DNA of 64,000 bases from the NCBI GenBank assembly GCA_963718565.1, contig OY970364.1, positions 1,600,001-1,664,000 on the forward strand. The letters run 5' to 3'. Positions within the stretch are counted from its first letter, which is position 1, and every line of letters starts with the position of its first letter. Positions 21,539-30,928 of the stretch are shown here, piece after piece. The stretch comes from an uncultured Verrucomicrobiae bacterium. GTDB taxonomy: Bacteria; Chlamydiota; Chlamydiia; Chlamydiales; Rhabdochlamydiaceae. Below the pieces are notes generated by a model. The model ran no database searches. It was not told the origin of the DNA and saw only the letters and a program-made list of their open reading frames with translations. Made by a program: the position numbers and the translations under genes.

Positions 21539-22615
21539 TTGCCCAAACTACATATCGCCAACACCTTCTTTGAATGGGAATTAGAAACTCAGCCAAAAAT
21601 AAGTGTGCGTGAGGCGTTTTTGCAACATGCGATTTTTCTGCAATTGCAATTCCTCCCTATTTTGTATGCGGATCCGAAGGATGCGCTTCTTTTTTCTGAC
21701 CTCCCAGATCGGGAATATTGGACCTTTTTAAATGCGCACCACATCTCCACGCCCTCCTATTTTACTCTCGAAGAAAAAAGCTTTGATTCAATCAATGAAG
21801 TCGAAAGTTGGGGACCTTCTCAATTAATTGCAGAATGGGCGGAATCACGCGGCATCCTCTATTCAATCCCTGACTGGAAGGTCGTCCGGGAGGTTAATTC
21901 AAAACGTTTCTCCTTTGAAAATAGTCAACAGCTACCGAGAGCGGCTTTGCTGACGGAAGAGTTGGAAACGGAATATTGGCTCCGCTCTTTTCCAGGAATG
22001 AAAGTCTTGAAGACATGTTTCGGTGTTTCAGGAAAAGGCCACTTGCTCGTCGAAGCATCCACACCATGGGAGCGCATCCGTCCATTTCTTTATGATGAAT
22101 GGAAAAAAAATCTTCCTGTCATTGCGGAACCTTGGGTAAATCGCGTCCTGGATTTCAGCACGCAATGGTTTATCGAAAAGAATCGCCAGGCCACTTATCT
22201 CGGATCCACGATTTGCCATAATGACCGTCTAGGGCAATATCAGTATAATGAAGTCGGTAAAGAAGAAGAATTATTCGGACAATATTTTTCCTATCTTTCT
22301 AAACATCGAGAGAAAATAGCATCTTTGCTGATGGCAATAGCGGCCAAAGGCTTTTTTGGCAACTTAGGAGTAGATACCATGTTGTATACGCTCCCTGAAG
22401 ACCCTGAAACGGTTCTTTTGCAACCCGTTGTCGAAATTAACGCGCGAAAAACAATGGGCTGGGCTGCGCTTGCTTTTCAACAGCAGTATTTCCCACAAAA
22501 CAACATTCGATTCAGTTACCTCAGCAGGCATGAAGGGTACCTCCCAAATTCTCTTGTCTTAAAGAACGGGAAAAGGGTAAGCTTCGCACGCAATTTAGGC
22601 ATCGCAAGCCAATAA
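21539..22615 (+). CDS. ATP-grasp-fold protein
   Basis: VLKT..GVSGKG, AEPW, GVD and VEINAR motifs. Confidence 0.7.
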   Translation: MPKLHIANTFFEWELETQPKISVREAFLQHAIFLQLQFLPILYADPKDALLFSDLPDREYWTFLNAHHISTPSYFTLEEKSFDSINEVESWGPSQLIAEWAESRGILYSIPDWKVVREVNSKRFSFENSQQLPRAALLTEELETEYWLRSFPGMKVLKTCFGVSGKGHLLVEASTPWERIRPFLYDEWKKNLPVIAEPWVNRVLDFSTQWFIEKNRQATYLGSTICHNDRLGQYQYNEVGKEEELFGQYFSYLSKHREKIASLLMAIAAKGFFGNLGVDTMLYTLPEDPETVLLQPVVEINARKTMGWAALAFQQQYFPQNNIRFSYLSRHEGYLPNSLVLKNGKRVSFARNLGIASQ

Positions 22616-22768
22616 GCGTCGCGTCTCCGCTGCGCTAGCATCTTCACCTTTGCACCCAGCTGCATCGGCCATGTGCCTGCACATGGCCTGCTTCGCCGCC
22701 GGCGAAGCCTGATGCAAATCTGAAGCGCCAGCTTTGCGGAAACACGACGCTTATTGGCCTGCGATGCC
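22598..22768. mobile_element. Family I palindromic MITE (171 bp), TSD TTA (or TA)
   Basis: GGCATCGCA(A/G)GCCAATAAGCGTCG TIRs; TTA at 22595-22597 and 22769-22771. Confidence 0.85.
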
Positions 22769-22884
22769 TTAATGATTCAAGTTTACAATTAAATCTTATT
22801 CGCGATAAGAGTGAGATTGTTCTTCAAACACTTTTTCTAGACGCTTCAGAAGCTTAATGCGACAACAGCCTCTCAGGGACAATT

Positions 22885-24291
22885 ATGGACATTCTCAAAA
22901 TCAAAGGCGGCAAGCCGCTAGAAGGAAAAGTTAAGGCCGCCGGAGCAAAAAATGCCGTCACTAAACTCCTCGTCGCATCTCTTTTGTCAGATAGACGCTC
23001 TGTTTTCCATAATGTTCCCGATATCGCTGAAGTCGAGGTCACTGTTGCTCTTTGCCGCGAAATCGGATCCGAAATCCAGTGGGACCGGTCTGCAGGAATC
23101 CTGGAAATCATCACTAAAGAACTGAAGACCTCGTATGTTCCCCAGCGTTTTTCAGGTTCTAATCGTATTCCCATTTTAATGATTGGCGCTCTTTTGGGAC
23201 GCACAGATGAAGATATTATTGTTCCTACTGCTGGAGGATGCAAAATTGGAAAACGTCCTGTGGATTTTCATATCACAGCATTAGAAAAACTCGGGGCAAC
23301 CATTGAGTATCGCGAAATGAAAAAAGAGGGGGCTTATTTTGCTCGGGCCCATCAAGGAATGAAAGGTTCGGTCATCACATTGCCCTTCCCTTCGGTTGGT
23401 GCAACAGAAAATACGATCATGGCTGCTGTCCGTGCAAAGGGAACAACGGTCATAAAAAACGCGGCTACAGAACCCGAGATCGTCGATTTGATCCTTTTTC
23501 TGCAAAAACTCGGAGTCACAATTGGACTAGACGCCGATCGCACCATTCGTATCCAGCAGACAAATCAATTTCATGAAGTGGAACATCTGGTCATTACAGA
23601 TCGCATTGAAGCAGCCTCTTTGGGCCTTGCAGGCATTAGCACGAAAGGCAAAGTCTTTGTCGAAGGCGCCCAACATCCCCATATGATCACTTTTCTCAAT
23701 CGGCTCCGCGAGGTCAATGCAGGATTTGAAGTGAAAAAAGAGGGAATAGAATTTTTCTACAAAGGCCCATTGAGAGGTGGAGTCCATATCGAAACGGATG
23801 TCCATCCTGGTTTCATGACAGATTGGCAACAGCCCTTTGTCGTCTTATTGACGCAATCACAGGGGGCATCCGTCGTCCATGAAACTGTTTATGAGAACCG
23901 GTTTGGATATACAGACACTTTGCGTTTAATGGGGGCCGATATTGAAGCCTTTACACAATGCCTTGGCGGCAAAGAATGCCGCTTTGCTTCGCAAAATTTT
24001 TTACATAGCATTGTCATCAAAGGACCGACGCCTTTGCAGTCCAAAGACATTACCATCCCCGATTTGCGCGCCGGGTTCGCTTATGTCCTCGCTGCTTTGC
24101 TCGCCCCTGATGAGAGCAATATTAGCGGTGTTCACTATCTTGACAGAGGATATGAGAAGATCGATCAAAAGCTTTCCTCATTAGGTGCTGAGATCAAGAG
24201 AGAAAAAGCCCCTGAGTCCACCCTTAAACCTCTAGTGAAAGCTCTGGCTGCGGCTTCTGAAAGCAAAATGAAGAGGGAATTGCAAAACTAA
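22885..24291 (+). CDS. murA: UDP-N-acetylglucosamine 1-carboxyvinyltransferase
   Basis: GAKNA, GGCKIGKRP, SVGATEN, PGFMTD and DLRAG. Confidence 0.96.
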   Translation: MDILKIKGGKPLEGKVKAAGAKNAVTKLLVASLLSDRRSVFHNVPDIAEVEVTVALCREIGSEIQWDRSAGILEIITKELKTSYVPQRFSGSNRIPILMIGALLGRTDEDIIVPTAGGCKIGKRPVDFHITALEKLGATIEYREMKKEGAYFARAHQGMKGSVITLPFPSVGATENTIMAAVRAKGTTVIKNAATEPEIVDLILFLQKLGVTIGLDADRTIRIQQTNQFHEVEHLVITDRIEAASLGLAGISTKGKVFVEGAQHPHMITFLNRLREVNAGFEVKKEGIEFFYKGPLRGGVHIETDVHPGFMTDWQQPFVVLLTQSQGASVVHETVYENRFGYTDTLRLMGADIEAFTQCLGGKECRFASQNFLHSIVIKGPTPLQSKDITIPDLRAGFAYVLAALLAPDESNISGVHYLDRGYEKIDQKLSSLGAEIKREKAPESTLKPLVKALAAASESKMKRELQN

Positions 24292-24344
24292 CAAAACGGG
24301 GTGATTTTCTGGGGGAAATTATTTAGCTAATCAGCTTAATCTCC

Positions 24345-25645
24345 CAGGGCCATTTAACTAAAATGTTTTGACATTTTCGAACAGAAAAATGTTGCCAAAA
24401 TTCCCTTTAAGTACCCACCACCGAAAGTTGCTGCGCGCCTTACGGAGGCGAGCCCCCTTTCTGGATCTACAACTGCAGCCATGTTCATAGCCAAACGTCG
24501 AAACAACCCCATGTTCTCCGCACTATTCCCTCTATCCGTCAATGCATAATCCTCTTCAAAAATCACATCAGCTACCCAATGGCATTTGTTTTCTATGCTC
24601 CAGTGCTGTCGGGTCCATTTAGCAAAATCTTTGGCAGATGCTCGACGACTCGAAATATATAGCCGTCTAAATACCTCATTGGCAGTAGATCCAAGTTTTT
24701 GCCTCGTGGACCTTACTTCGATGAGACAGACTAAGTTTTTCCATTTGCCCGCATTTGGCAACCAGTCCAGGTCCTCGACGACTCGTACTTCTCGAATGTC
24801 GATTCGACCATGGCCTTTATCTACTTCCTGGTGAAACGAATGGGGGACTTCCTCCCATTCGACTGCGTGAGCTTGATCAAAAAAATTCTCCATTTCAGCG
24901 CACAGCGTTGGCTGGTTGTCCTTAACAGCCAGCAGATAATCTGCCTTCGCATCAACGATTTGTTCTGCCGATTCGGCTACGGTGAAATGTGCATCTCCTG
25001 AAATAATCGCCCCCTCTACATTCACTTGCTCCAAAATGATTGGTAACGTGCTCTTTTCGACTGTTTTATTTGGGACCTTTTCCACGGCAAGACATAATCG
25101 ATCCTCCGCTGCGAATAGCTCCACTACGTGTGTGACACCGCCTAGGAAATTTGCGCCTTTCATCCGTTTACCATCGATCGCCAATAGCTGATCGCGCAAT
25201 GAAGCAGGAATTTTGCTGAACCATTTTTGCAAGTAGTGCTTGAGCGCACCAGGGGGTGTTTTCACTAAAAACCACCAGAGCGCTCCATGGGAAGGTGCTG
25301 AGAGCTCCTCACCTAGCAGAGAAGAAAACCACTCCTCCTGCAGAGAAACATATTCAGCGATTTCCTCAATCGTATTGCATCCACAAAAGAATCCGCAGAG
25401 AATAACAAGAGTCAAATACCAAACTGGATATAAGACACGTTTTTGATTACGTCGATAATCAGGGAAATCTGCAAACTCTCCCTTGACGGTTTCCGCGAAT
25501 ACACGGGCATCAAAATTCTTACTAGCTTCTAGGATTGTGGCGTCGATTGGCTTACGGCGTGACATAATAGGTCCTCCAAATTTGAGGAATTTATTATGCC
25601 ATCTTAGCTGATCTGGTATCAAAAATTTTTAGTTAAATGGCCCTG
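24345..25645 (-). mobile_element. Complete ISAs1-family insertion sequence (1301 bp)
   Basis: 19-bp TIR CAGGGCCATTTAACTAAAA; 10-bp TSD CTTAATCTCC at 24335-24344 and 25646-25655. Confidence 0.95.
24354..25565 (-). CDS. ISAs1-family transposase
   Basis: AIDGK, GDA, VKDNQP, HGRI and HWSIEN..HW..DV.F.ED motifs; GGAGG SD before MSRRK. Confidence 0.93.
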   Translation of the reverse strand: MSRRKPIDATILEASKNFDARVFAETVKGEFADFPDYRRNQKRVLYPVWYLTLVILCGFFCGCNTIEEIAEYVSLQEEWFSSLLGEELSAPSHGALWWFLVKTPPGALKHYLQKWFSKIPASLRDQLLAIDGKRMKGANFLGGVTHVVELFAAEDRLCLAVEKVPNKTVEKSTLPIILEQVNVEGAIISGDAHFTVAESAEQIVDAKADYLLAVKDNQPTLCAEMENFFDQAHAVEWEEVPHSFHQEVDKGHGRIDIREVRVVEDLDWLPNAGKWKNLVCLIEVRSTRQKLGSTANEVFRRLYISSRRASAKDFAKWTRQHWSIENKCHWVADVIFEEDYALTDRGNSAENMGLFRRLAMNMAAVVDPERGLASVRRAATFGGGYLKGILATFFCSKMSKHFS

Positions 25646-25784
25646 CTTAATCTCCCCCAGGAAATCACCCCGTTTTGTCAATCTCGCAATTCGCTCGAAA
25701 ATCTGAACTTATCCCTGACACGGCTCCTGAAAGATTGGCCTAATATTGAATCTGGCGCAAGGGTAGGCAGGACAGCGAAAAAAC

Positions 25785-25996
25785 CTAACTCAGTAAAACC
25801 TTGGCAATTTTCTGCGGTGTCCATCCCTCATCGTAGAGTATAATGGCCTTTATCCGATCGCGTATTCGCCCATCGTGCTCTTGCTTGTGTTGGATCTTGA
25901 GTTGTGTTCTTTCTTGATCGGTCAAAAAATGCATGCGCACATTATGCAGTCAAGCAAAATTTTTTGCATTCAAATTTTTCATCCACGAAGGGTATA
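25785..25996 (-). pseudogene. IS630-family transposase 5' remnant with a TATACC terminus
   Basis: 25934-25785 translates MHFLTDQERTQLKIQHKQEHDGRIRDRIKAIILYDEGWTPQKIAKVLLS*, a typical IS630 HTH start. Confidence 0.75.
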
Positions 25997-26017
25997 GTTT
26001 TGCAATTCCCTCTGAAA

Positions 26018-26209
26018 TTATAAGATTTCCTCCTCTGTGACCTTTGTGCTCTCAAGCGAGCTTGCAAAGCGCGTGGTAAAATATTCTTTCTTTTTTCGAG
26101 TATTTGAGAAAAGCATACGGTAATTTTCCAGAAATTCGATAATTTGATCCGGTGTCGCTCCCTCGCAACGCTTGAGGTATTCTTTAGAAAAGTATTGAAT
26201 GCCTTTCAT
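26018..26209 (-). CDS. Small partner of the nucleotidyltransferase, C-terminus repeat-derived
   Basis: ATGA overlap with the upstream gene; the last ~20 codons resemble the 42701 repeat. Confidence 0.55.
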   Translation of the reverse strand: MKGIQYFSKEYLKRCEGATPDQIIEFLENYRMLFSNTRKKKEYFTTRFASSLESTKVTEEEIL

Positions 26210-26667
26210 AGGGTTTTCAACGCCTTCACGTCTTCTAAATCTTGAGGTCGCCCTGATGCTTCTTTCATTTTTATCAGCTCATTTAATGATAAAATCCGGA
26301 TAGTTCCCAGAGCAGTTTCAATGTTCTTCGTATCATGAGCGCCTTTAAGGTCATAATTGATTAAGACGTCCACTTGATTAATGGGATTGGAAGGATCATA
26401 AAAATTCCAAGCGATTAAGTTGCGGTTTTGAATGTATTCATCTCTAAACTGGAACACAGTCTCTGCAGTGATGGGTATCAAAGAAACAAGCCCCATTCCT
26501 TTAAGGGCATTTTCCGCATTTTGAAGATTTTGTAGGGACCATTGAATGGCGATGTCAACATCGACAGTTCCTCTGACCACCCCATGCAAGGCCACCGCAT
26601 ATCCTCCTACAATGGCGTAAGAGACTTTAGCCTTCTCTAAAGCTGAACAGACACTCTGGATAAACAT
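26206..26667 (-). CDS. Minimal nucleotidyltransferase-family protein
   Basis: VGGYAV..HG..R.T.DVD and K..SGRPQDLED motifs. Confidence 0.85.
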   Translation of the reverse strand: MFIQSVCSALEKAKVSYAIVGGYAVALHGVVRGTVDVDIAIQWSLQNLQNAENALKGMGLVSLIPITAETVFQFRDEYIQNRNLIAWNFYDPSNPINQVDVLINYDLKGAHDTKNIETALGTIRILSLNELIKMKEASGRPQDLEDVKALKTL

Positions 26668-26740
26668 ACTTTTTTATGAATTTCACGGCATACACCAATA
26701 TACACTACTATTCCGGTTTGTCAAGGTTGGAGCGTTTCTC

Positions 26741-26809
26741 GGGTGTAAATAAAAGTGTTGAGGCTAGGCATTGAAGTAATGCCTAGCCTCAACACTTTTA
26801 TTTACACCC
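26741..26809. mobile_element. Family B MITE, short 69-bp internally deleted copy
   Basis: Same arms as 19211-19357; TSD degenerate. Confidence 0.88.
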
Positions 26810-26884
26810 TCCATTCTCGAAGGTAGAACTAGATTTTAAAGTTCTTGTTTCTTATAATCTTCCTTTTTTAAAAAAGAGGACATC

Positions 26885-27751
26885 ATGTCAGCGATTAGTT
26901 TTAATAACACCAATGCGTATCATTTCCCATCACTATCTCTTGAAACGGTCTTCACAGTTTTTGGGTTTTTGGATTCACAAGCACTCCATACTGCTTCCCA
27001 TGTTTGTCGGTTTTGGAACCAGTTGGTCAATAATGAAAATTTTCCTATGATGGAATGGAATAAAAACAAATGTGAGGCGGGAAATGAAATCTTAAGGAGA
27101 GATTTAAAAAAAGCTGCAACAGACAATCGAAAGCCACTTTCAGAGGACGTGATTGCGGTTTTGGAGAAAACTTCCAATCCTTTCTCTGATAGAACAAGAA
27201 TAGTGGATTGTATTCTCAAAAATCATCAAAACAAGATTTTGGCTAATGCTGCATGGAAATCAGCAACCAGACAGCGGTGTCTTCCCCTTATCAGCGCATT
27301 GTTTCCCTTGACCAAAGGTACTTGCCATCCTGAGGAAGCGATTCGTTCAGCCATCCAGCGTGGCAATATAGATCTTGTAAAGAGCCTATTACCCCACCTG
27401 AATGAACAGCGTGCAAGAGAAAAGATCTGCATTAGAGTTCAATATCCGACTGAAGAAGGTGAATCTCTTTCTCTCCTTGGATGTATTGGAGTCGGCTCTG
27501 GCGATCTGAATTCATGGAAAAAGGGGTTTCCCATGAAAAAAGTTAGGGGCAGCAATAACCTTTGGGAAATTATATTAGTTCCTGTTGTTTATGGGAAAAC
27601 AACCTGTGAATACGATCCTCTTAAAGATAATATCCTTTTCCCATTCAAACCTGCCTTACACCTCACAAATGGTCAAGTTCGAACGTCAGAAGCTCTATAT
27701 CATATTAAACCCAGGACAGATATCTCAATTAAGCCAGAATTCCAAGTTTAA
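26885..27751 (+). CDS. F-box protein with ankyrin-like and CBM20-like segments (putative effector)
   Basis: N-terminal F-box (LSLETVFTVFGFL...VCRFWNQL), AIQRGNIDLVKSLL and a C-terminal starch-binding-like pattern. Confidence 0.65.
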   Translation: MSAISFNNTNAYHFPSLSLETVFTVFGFLDSQALHTASHVCRFWNQLVNNENFPMMEWNKNKCEAGNEILRRDLKKAATDNRKPLSEDVIAVLEKTSNPFSDRTRIVDCILKNHQNKILANAAWKSATRQRCLPLISALFPLTKGTCHPEEAIRSAIQRGNIDLVKSLLPHLNEQRAREKICIRVQYPTEEGESLSLLGCIGVGSGDLNSWKKGFPMKKVRGSNNLWEIILVPVVYGKTTCEYDPLKDNILFPFKPALHLTNGQVRTSEALYHIKPRTDISIKPEFQV

Positions 27752-28722
27752 TGTTAAATGTTTCTTTGTGGAGGCAGATCCAACGGGATAATTTCACCGA
27801 TTGGAAAAAACTTCTCTCTTATTTAGATTTCGATATTAATAACGCTGAGCGGATTCTTCCTCATTCCTCGTTCCCTCTGAATTTGCCTAAAAGGCTTGCT
27901 GAGAAAATCGAAAAGGGAAATTGGAACGATCCGCTATTGCGCCAATTCCTTCCGACTGTTGAAGAGCTCGAACCCTCGCCTTTGTTCGTCTTGGATCCCG
28001 TTGAGGATCGAGCATTTCGCCCCAAGCCTAAGCTCCTTTACAAGTACCAGGGGCGAGCGTTGCTGATTTGCACGAGCGCTTGCGCCATGCACTGCCGGTA
28101 TTGCTTCCGCCGGCATTTTGATTATGAGACGAAAGATAAACTCTTTACTGAAGAACTTGCTGTGATCGCAAACGAGCCTTCCATCCGTGAGGTGCTCTTG
28201 AGTGGTGGGGATCCTCTTTCATTAAGTGATGCGCAACTTCAGTATCTTCTTAACGCACTTGAAAAAATTCCTCATCTTAAAAGAGTGCGTTTCCACACGC
28301 GTTTCCCAATGGGAATCCCAGAACGGATCGATGATGCTTTTATTCATCTGCTTGCATCTTGCAAAAAGCAAGTGATCTTTGTCATCCATTGCAATCATCC
28401 GCAAGAATTTGATGAAGACATTTTCCATCATTTGAAAAAGGTCCAACAACTCGGCATTCCCATTTTGACTCAATCTGTATTGCTAAGAGGAGTCAATGAT
28501 GATGTGCAGACATTAAAAAATCTTTTCGAAATAGTAGTCGATCACGGTATGATGCCTTATTATCTGCATCAGCTCGACCGTGTTCAGGGCGCTGCACATT
28601 TTGAGGTTTCTGAAGAGGAAGGGAAATCATTCATGCATCAATTGAATGCTCTTTTGCCTGGTTATGCGATTCCAAAATATGTCCGAGAAATTCCTAATCA
28701 ACCCAGTAAAACTCTGATTTAA
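27751..28722 (+). CDS. epmB: KamA-family radical SAM protein (EF-P beta-lysylation EpmB-like)
   Basis: CAMHCRYCFRR, LSGGDPL, QSVLLRGVND and PYYLHQLD. Confidence 0.88.
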   Translation: MLNVSLWRQIQRDNFTDWKKLLSYLDFDINNAERILPHSSFPLNLPKRLAEKIEKGNWNDPLLRQFLPTVEELEPSPLFVLDPVEDRAFRPKPKLLYKYQGRALLICTSACAMHCRYCFRRHFDYETKDKLFTEELAVIANEPSIREVLLSGGDPLSLSDAQLQYLLNALEKIPHLKRVRFHTRFPMGIPERIDDAFIHLLASCKKQVIFVIHCNHPQEFDEDIFHHLKKVQQLGIPILTQSVLLRGVNDDVQTLKNLFEIVVDHGMMPYYLHQLDRVQGAAHFEVSEEEGKSFMHQLNALLPGYAIPKYVREIPNQPSKTLI

Positions 28723-29135
28723 GAGTCCGTCTGATGCTTCATCTTTTGATCTTATTTGGGTGCTTGTTCTCATCCCTTTTAGCCGATTGCAGTATAACAG
28801 TTCCCGATAAAGTGTTAATCTGCGGCGTTTGCAAAAATGTAGAAAAGGCGGTTCCAAATACGATTCGGACTTGGATTTTCTAGATCCTTGGGACATCAAA
28901 AATATTATCGATACCGCGGAATACCTTCCCAATCGAAAGCTTCTTCCGCCCGAATTTGGAATCCGTTTGCACAATAAAAATGGCTTAGGAAAAATCATCT
29001 GGTTTTCTTGTACGCCAAAACGCACTCTTCCTTGGGTCTGTGAACATGTTCCCTTTCATGTCTCTATGATTTTAAAAGGCCATGACAACATTTTCATCAA
29101 TCCGCGTTTAATCTCTAACCACCCTTAAAACCTGA

Positions 29136-30899
29136 TCACATGCGATCGAGGGTTTTGAGTCCGAGGAGGTTTAAACCTTTCTCCAAGATACGCGCCGTGG
29201 CTTCACACATGAGCAAGCGGCTTTCTTCGCGTGGATCGCCTTCGACGCGGCAATCGCGGAAAAATGCATGAAATTTCTCAGCAAGCTCATAAAGATAATC
29301 GCAGAGGCGATTAGGGAGAAGGTCTCGCGCCATCACATCGAGGACCTCCCCAAATCTCCGCAGGTGCAGCGCAAGCGCAATCTCTGAAGGATGTTCTAAA
29401 ACAACGTGAGAGTTCTTCATGATGTCGGAAACATTTTTGCCGACTTTGCGCTTGATGCCTTGAATGCGCACATAGGCATAGAGCAGAAAAGCAGCTGTAT
29501 TTCCCTCAAATTTCAACATCCGATCATAACTGAACACGTAGTCTTTGATGCGATGACAAGAAAGGTCTGAGTATTTAACAGCGTCGATGCCAAGAATTTG
29601 TGAGACGCGTTCTAATTCTTTTTCCGGAAGATCGGGCAGCCGCTCTTGCATCATCTTCTTGGCATGACGAACAGCTTCTAGGAGAAGATCGATGAGCTTC
29701 TCAGTCTCACCGGACCGAGTTTTAAATTTTTTCCCATCGGGACCGAGCACAACTCCAAAGGGAACATGGTCGACGCGAACTTGGGTTGGATCTAAATAAC
29801 CCGCTTTTTCGGCAGCTTTAAAAACCATGGCAAAATGAAGGCTTTGGCCTGCATCCGTTAAGTAAATGATCCGATCCGCCTTTTCCACTTGAATGCGATG
29901 ACGAATTGCTGCCGTATCGGTGGTGTCGTAGTTATAGCCCCCGTCCGACTTTTGGATGATCATCGGTAACGGCGCTCCATCACGACTCACAAATCCTTCT
30001 AAGAAAATGCATTTGGCTCCATCAGAAATCGTAATCAATCCTTTTTTTTCCAAGTCATGGATAATTTCAGGGAGATAAGGATTGTAAAAGGATTCTCCGC
30101 GTTCGACTAATGTGACATCGAGAAGATCATAGATCTCTTGGTAGGAGCGTCGAGAAATTTCACAGATGACTTGCCAACCAGCATGCGTTTCGGGATCGCC
30201 GCTTTGAAGCTTGACAACTTGTAGCTGCGCGCGTTTTTTAAACTCCGCATCTTCATCGAAGCGCTTCTTAGACTCTCGATACCATCCCATGAGTTCAATC
30301 AGATCTGTCTGCTTCTTCCCTTTAAAAACAGCAGGCACTTTTTCCTGCATATAGGCAATCAACATTCCAAATTGCGTGCCCCAATCGCCGATATGGTTCA
30401 GACGCAGAACATCGTGACCTAAAAATTCAAATAGGCGCGCGATCGCATCGCCGATGATCGTTCCCCGCAGATGCCCCACATGCAATTCTTTGGCGACATT
30501 GGGCGAGGAAAACTCTACAATCACTTTCTGTTTCTTTTCAGGCTCTGGCACACCAAGACGATTATCTTGCAAAAGAGTGTCGACTTGAGAGGCTAGAAAA
30601 AGGGGGGAAATTGTGATATTGATAAATCCAGGACCCGCAAGTTCCAATTTTGAGATCATTTCTTTTCCCTCATCATTGCGATCGAAATGGGCCACGATCT
30701 TTTCTGCAACATCCCTCGGGGAGATGTGCAAAATTTTTCCAATTTTGAGGGCGCTATTGCACTGGTAGTCGCCAAATTGAGCCTGCGTGGTTGGCGTTAC
30801 TTCGGGTTCCAGAATTTTTGGATCATCAATGATAGTGCCAAAAGCTGCTCGAATTGCTGCTTCGGCCTTTTGCAACAGTGAAGAGAGGATAGTGCGCAT
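29136..30899 (-). CDS. argS: Arginine--tRNA ligase
   Basis: SSPNVAKELHVGH, GDWGTQFG and KFKTRSG. Confidence 0.97.
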   Translation of the reverse strand: MRTILSSLLQKAEAAIRAAFGTIIDDPKILEPEVTPTTQAQFGDYQCNSALKIGKILHISPRDVAEKIVAHFDRNDEGKEMISKLELAGPGFINITISPLFLASQVDTLLQDNRLGVPEPEKKQKVIVEFSSPNVAKELHVGHLRGTIIGDAIARLFEFLGHDVLRLNHIGDWGTQFGMLIAYMQEKVPAVFKGKKQTDLIELMGWYRESKKRFDEDAEFKKRAQLQVVKLQSGDPETHAGWQVICEISRRSYQEIYDLLDVTLVERGESFYNPYLPEIIHDLEKKGLITISDGAKCIFLEGFVSRDGAPLPMIIQKSDGGYNYDTTDTAAIRHRIQVEKADRIIYLTDAGQSLHFAMVFKAAEKAGYLDPTQVRVDHVPFGVVLGPDGKKFKTRSGETEKLIDLLLEAVRHAKKMMQERLPDLPEKELERVSQILGIDAVKYSDLSCHRIKDYVFSYDRMLKFEGNTAAFLLYAYVRIQGIKRKVGKNVSDIMKNSHVVLEHPSEIALALHLRRFGEVLDVMARDLLPNRLCDYLYELAEKFHAFFRDCRVEGDPREESRLLMCEATARILEKGLNLLGLKTLDRM

Positions 30900-30928
30900 A
30901 AGAGTGTATTAACGGATTTTGACTTAAG

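Larger units (their letters stand above)
24273..26012. mobile_element. Family D composite insertion with 4-bp TSD TGAA, containing ISAs1 and an IS630 remnant
   Basis: 18-bp TIR GAGGGAATTGCAAAACTA at both ends; TGAA at 24269-24272 and 26013-26016. Confidence 0.75.

Noticed and set aside
28627..29128. Overlapping 132-aa and 99-aa ORFs between epmB and argS
   Set aside because: No recognisable motif or SD; may be a decayed gene but cannot be supported.
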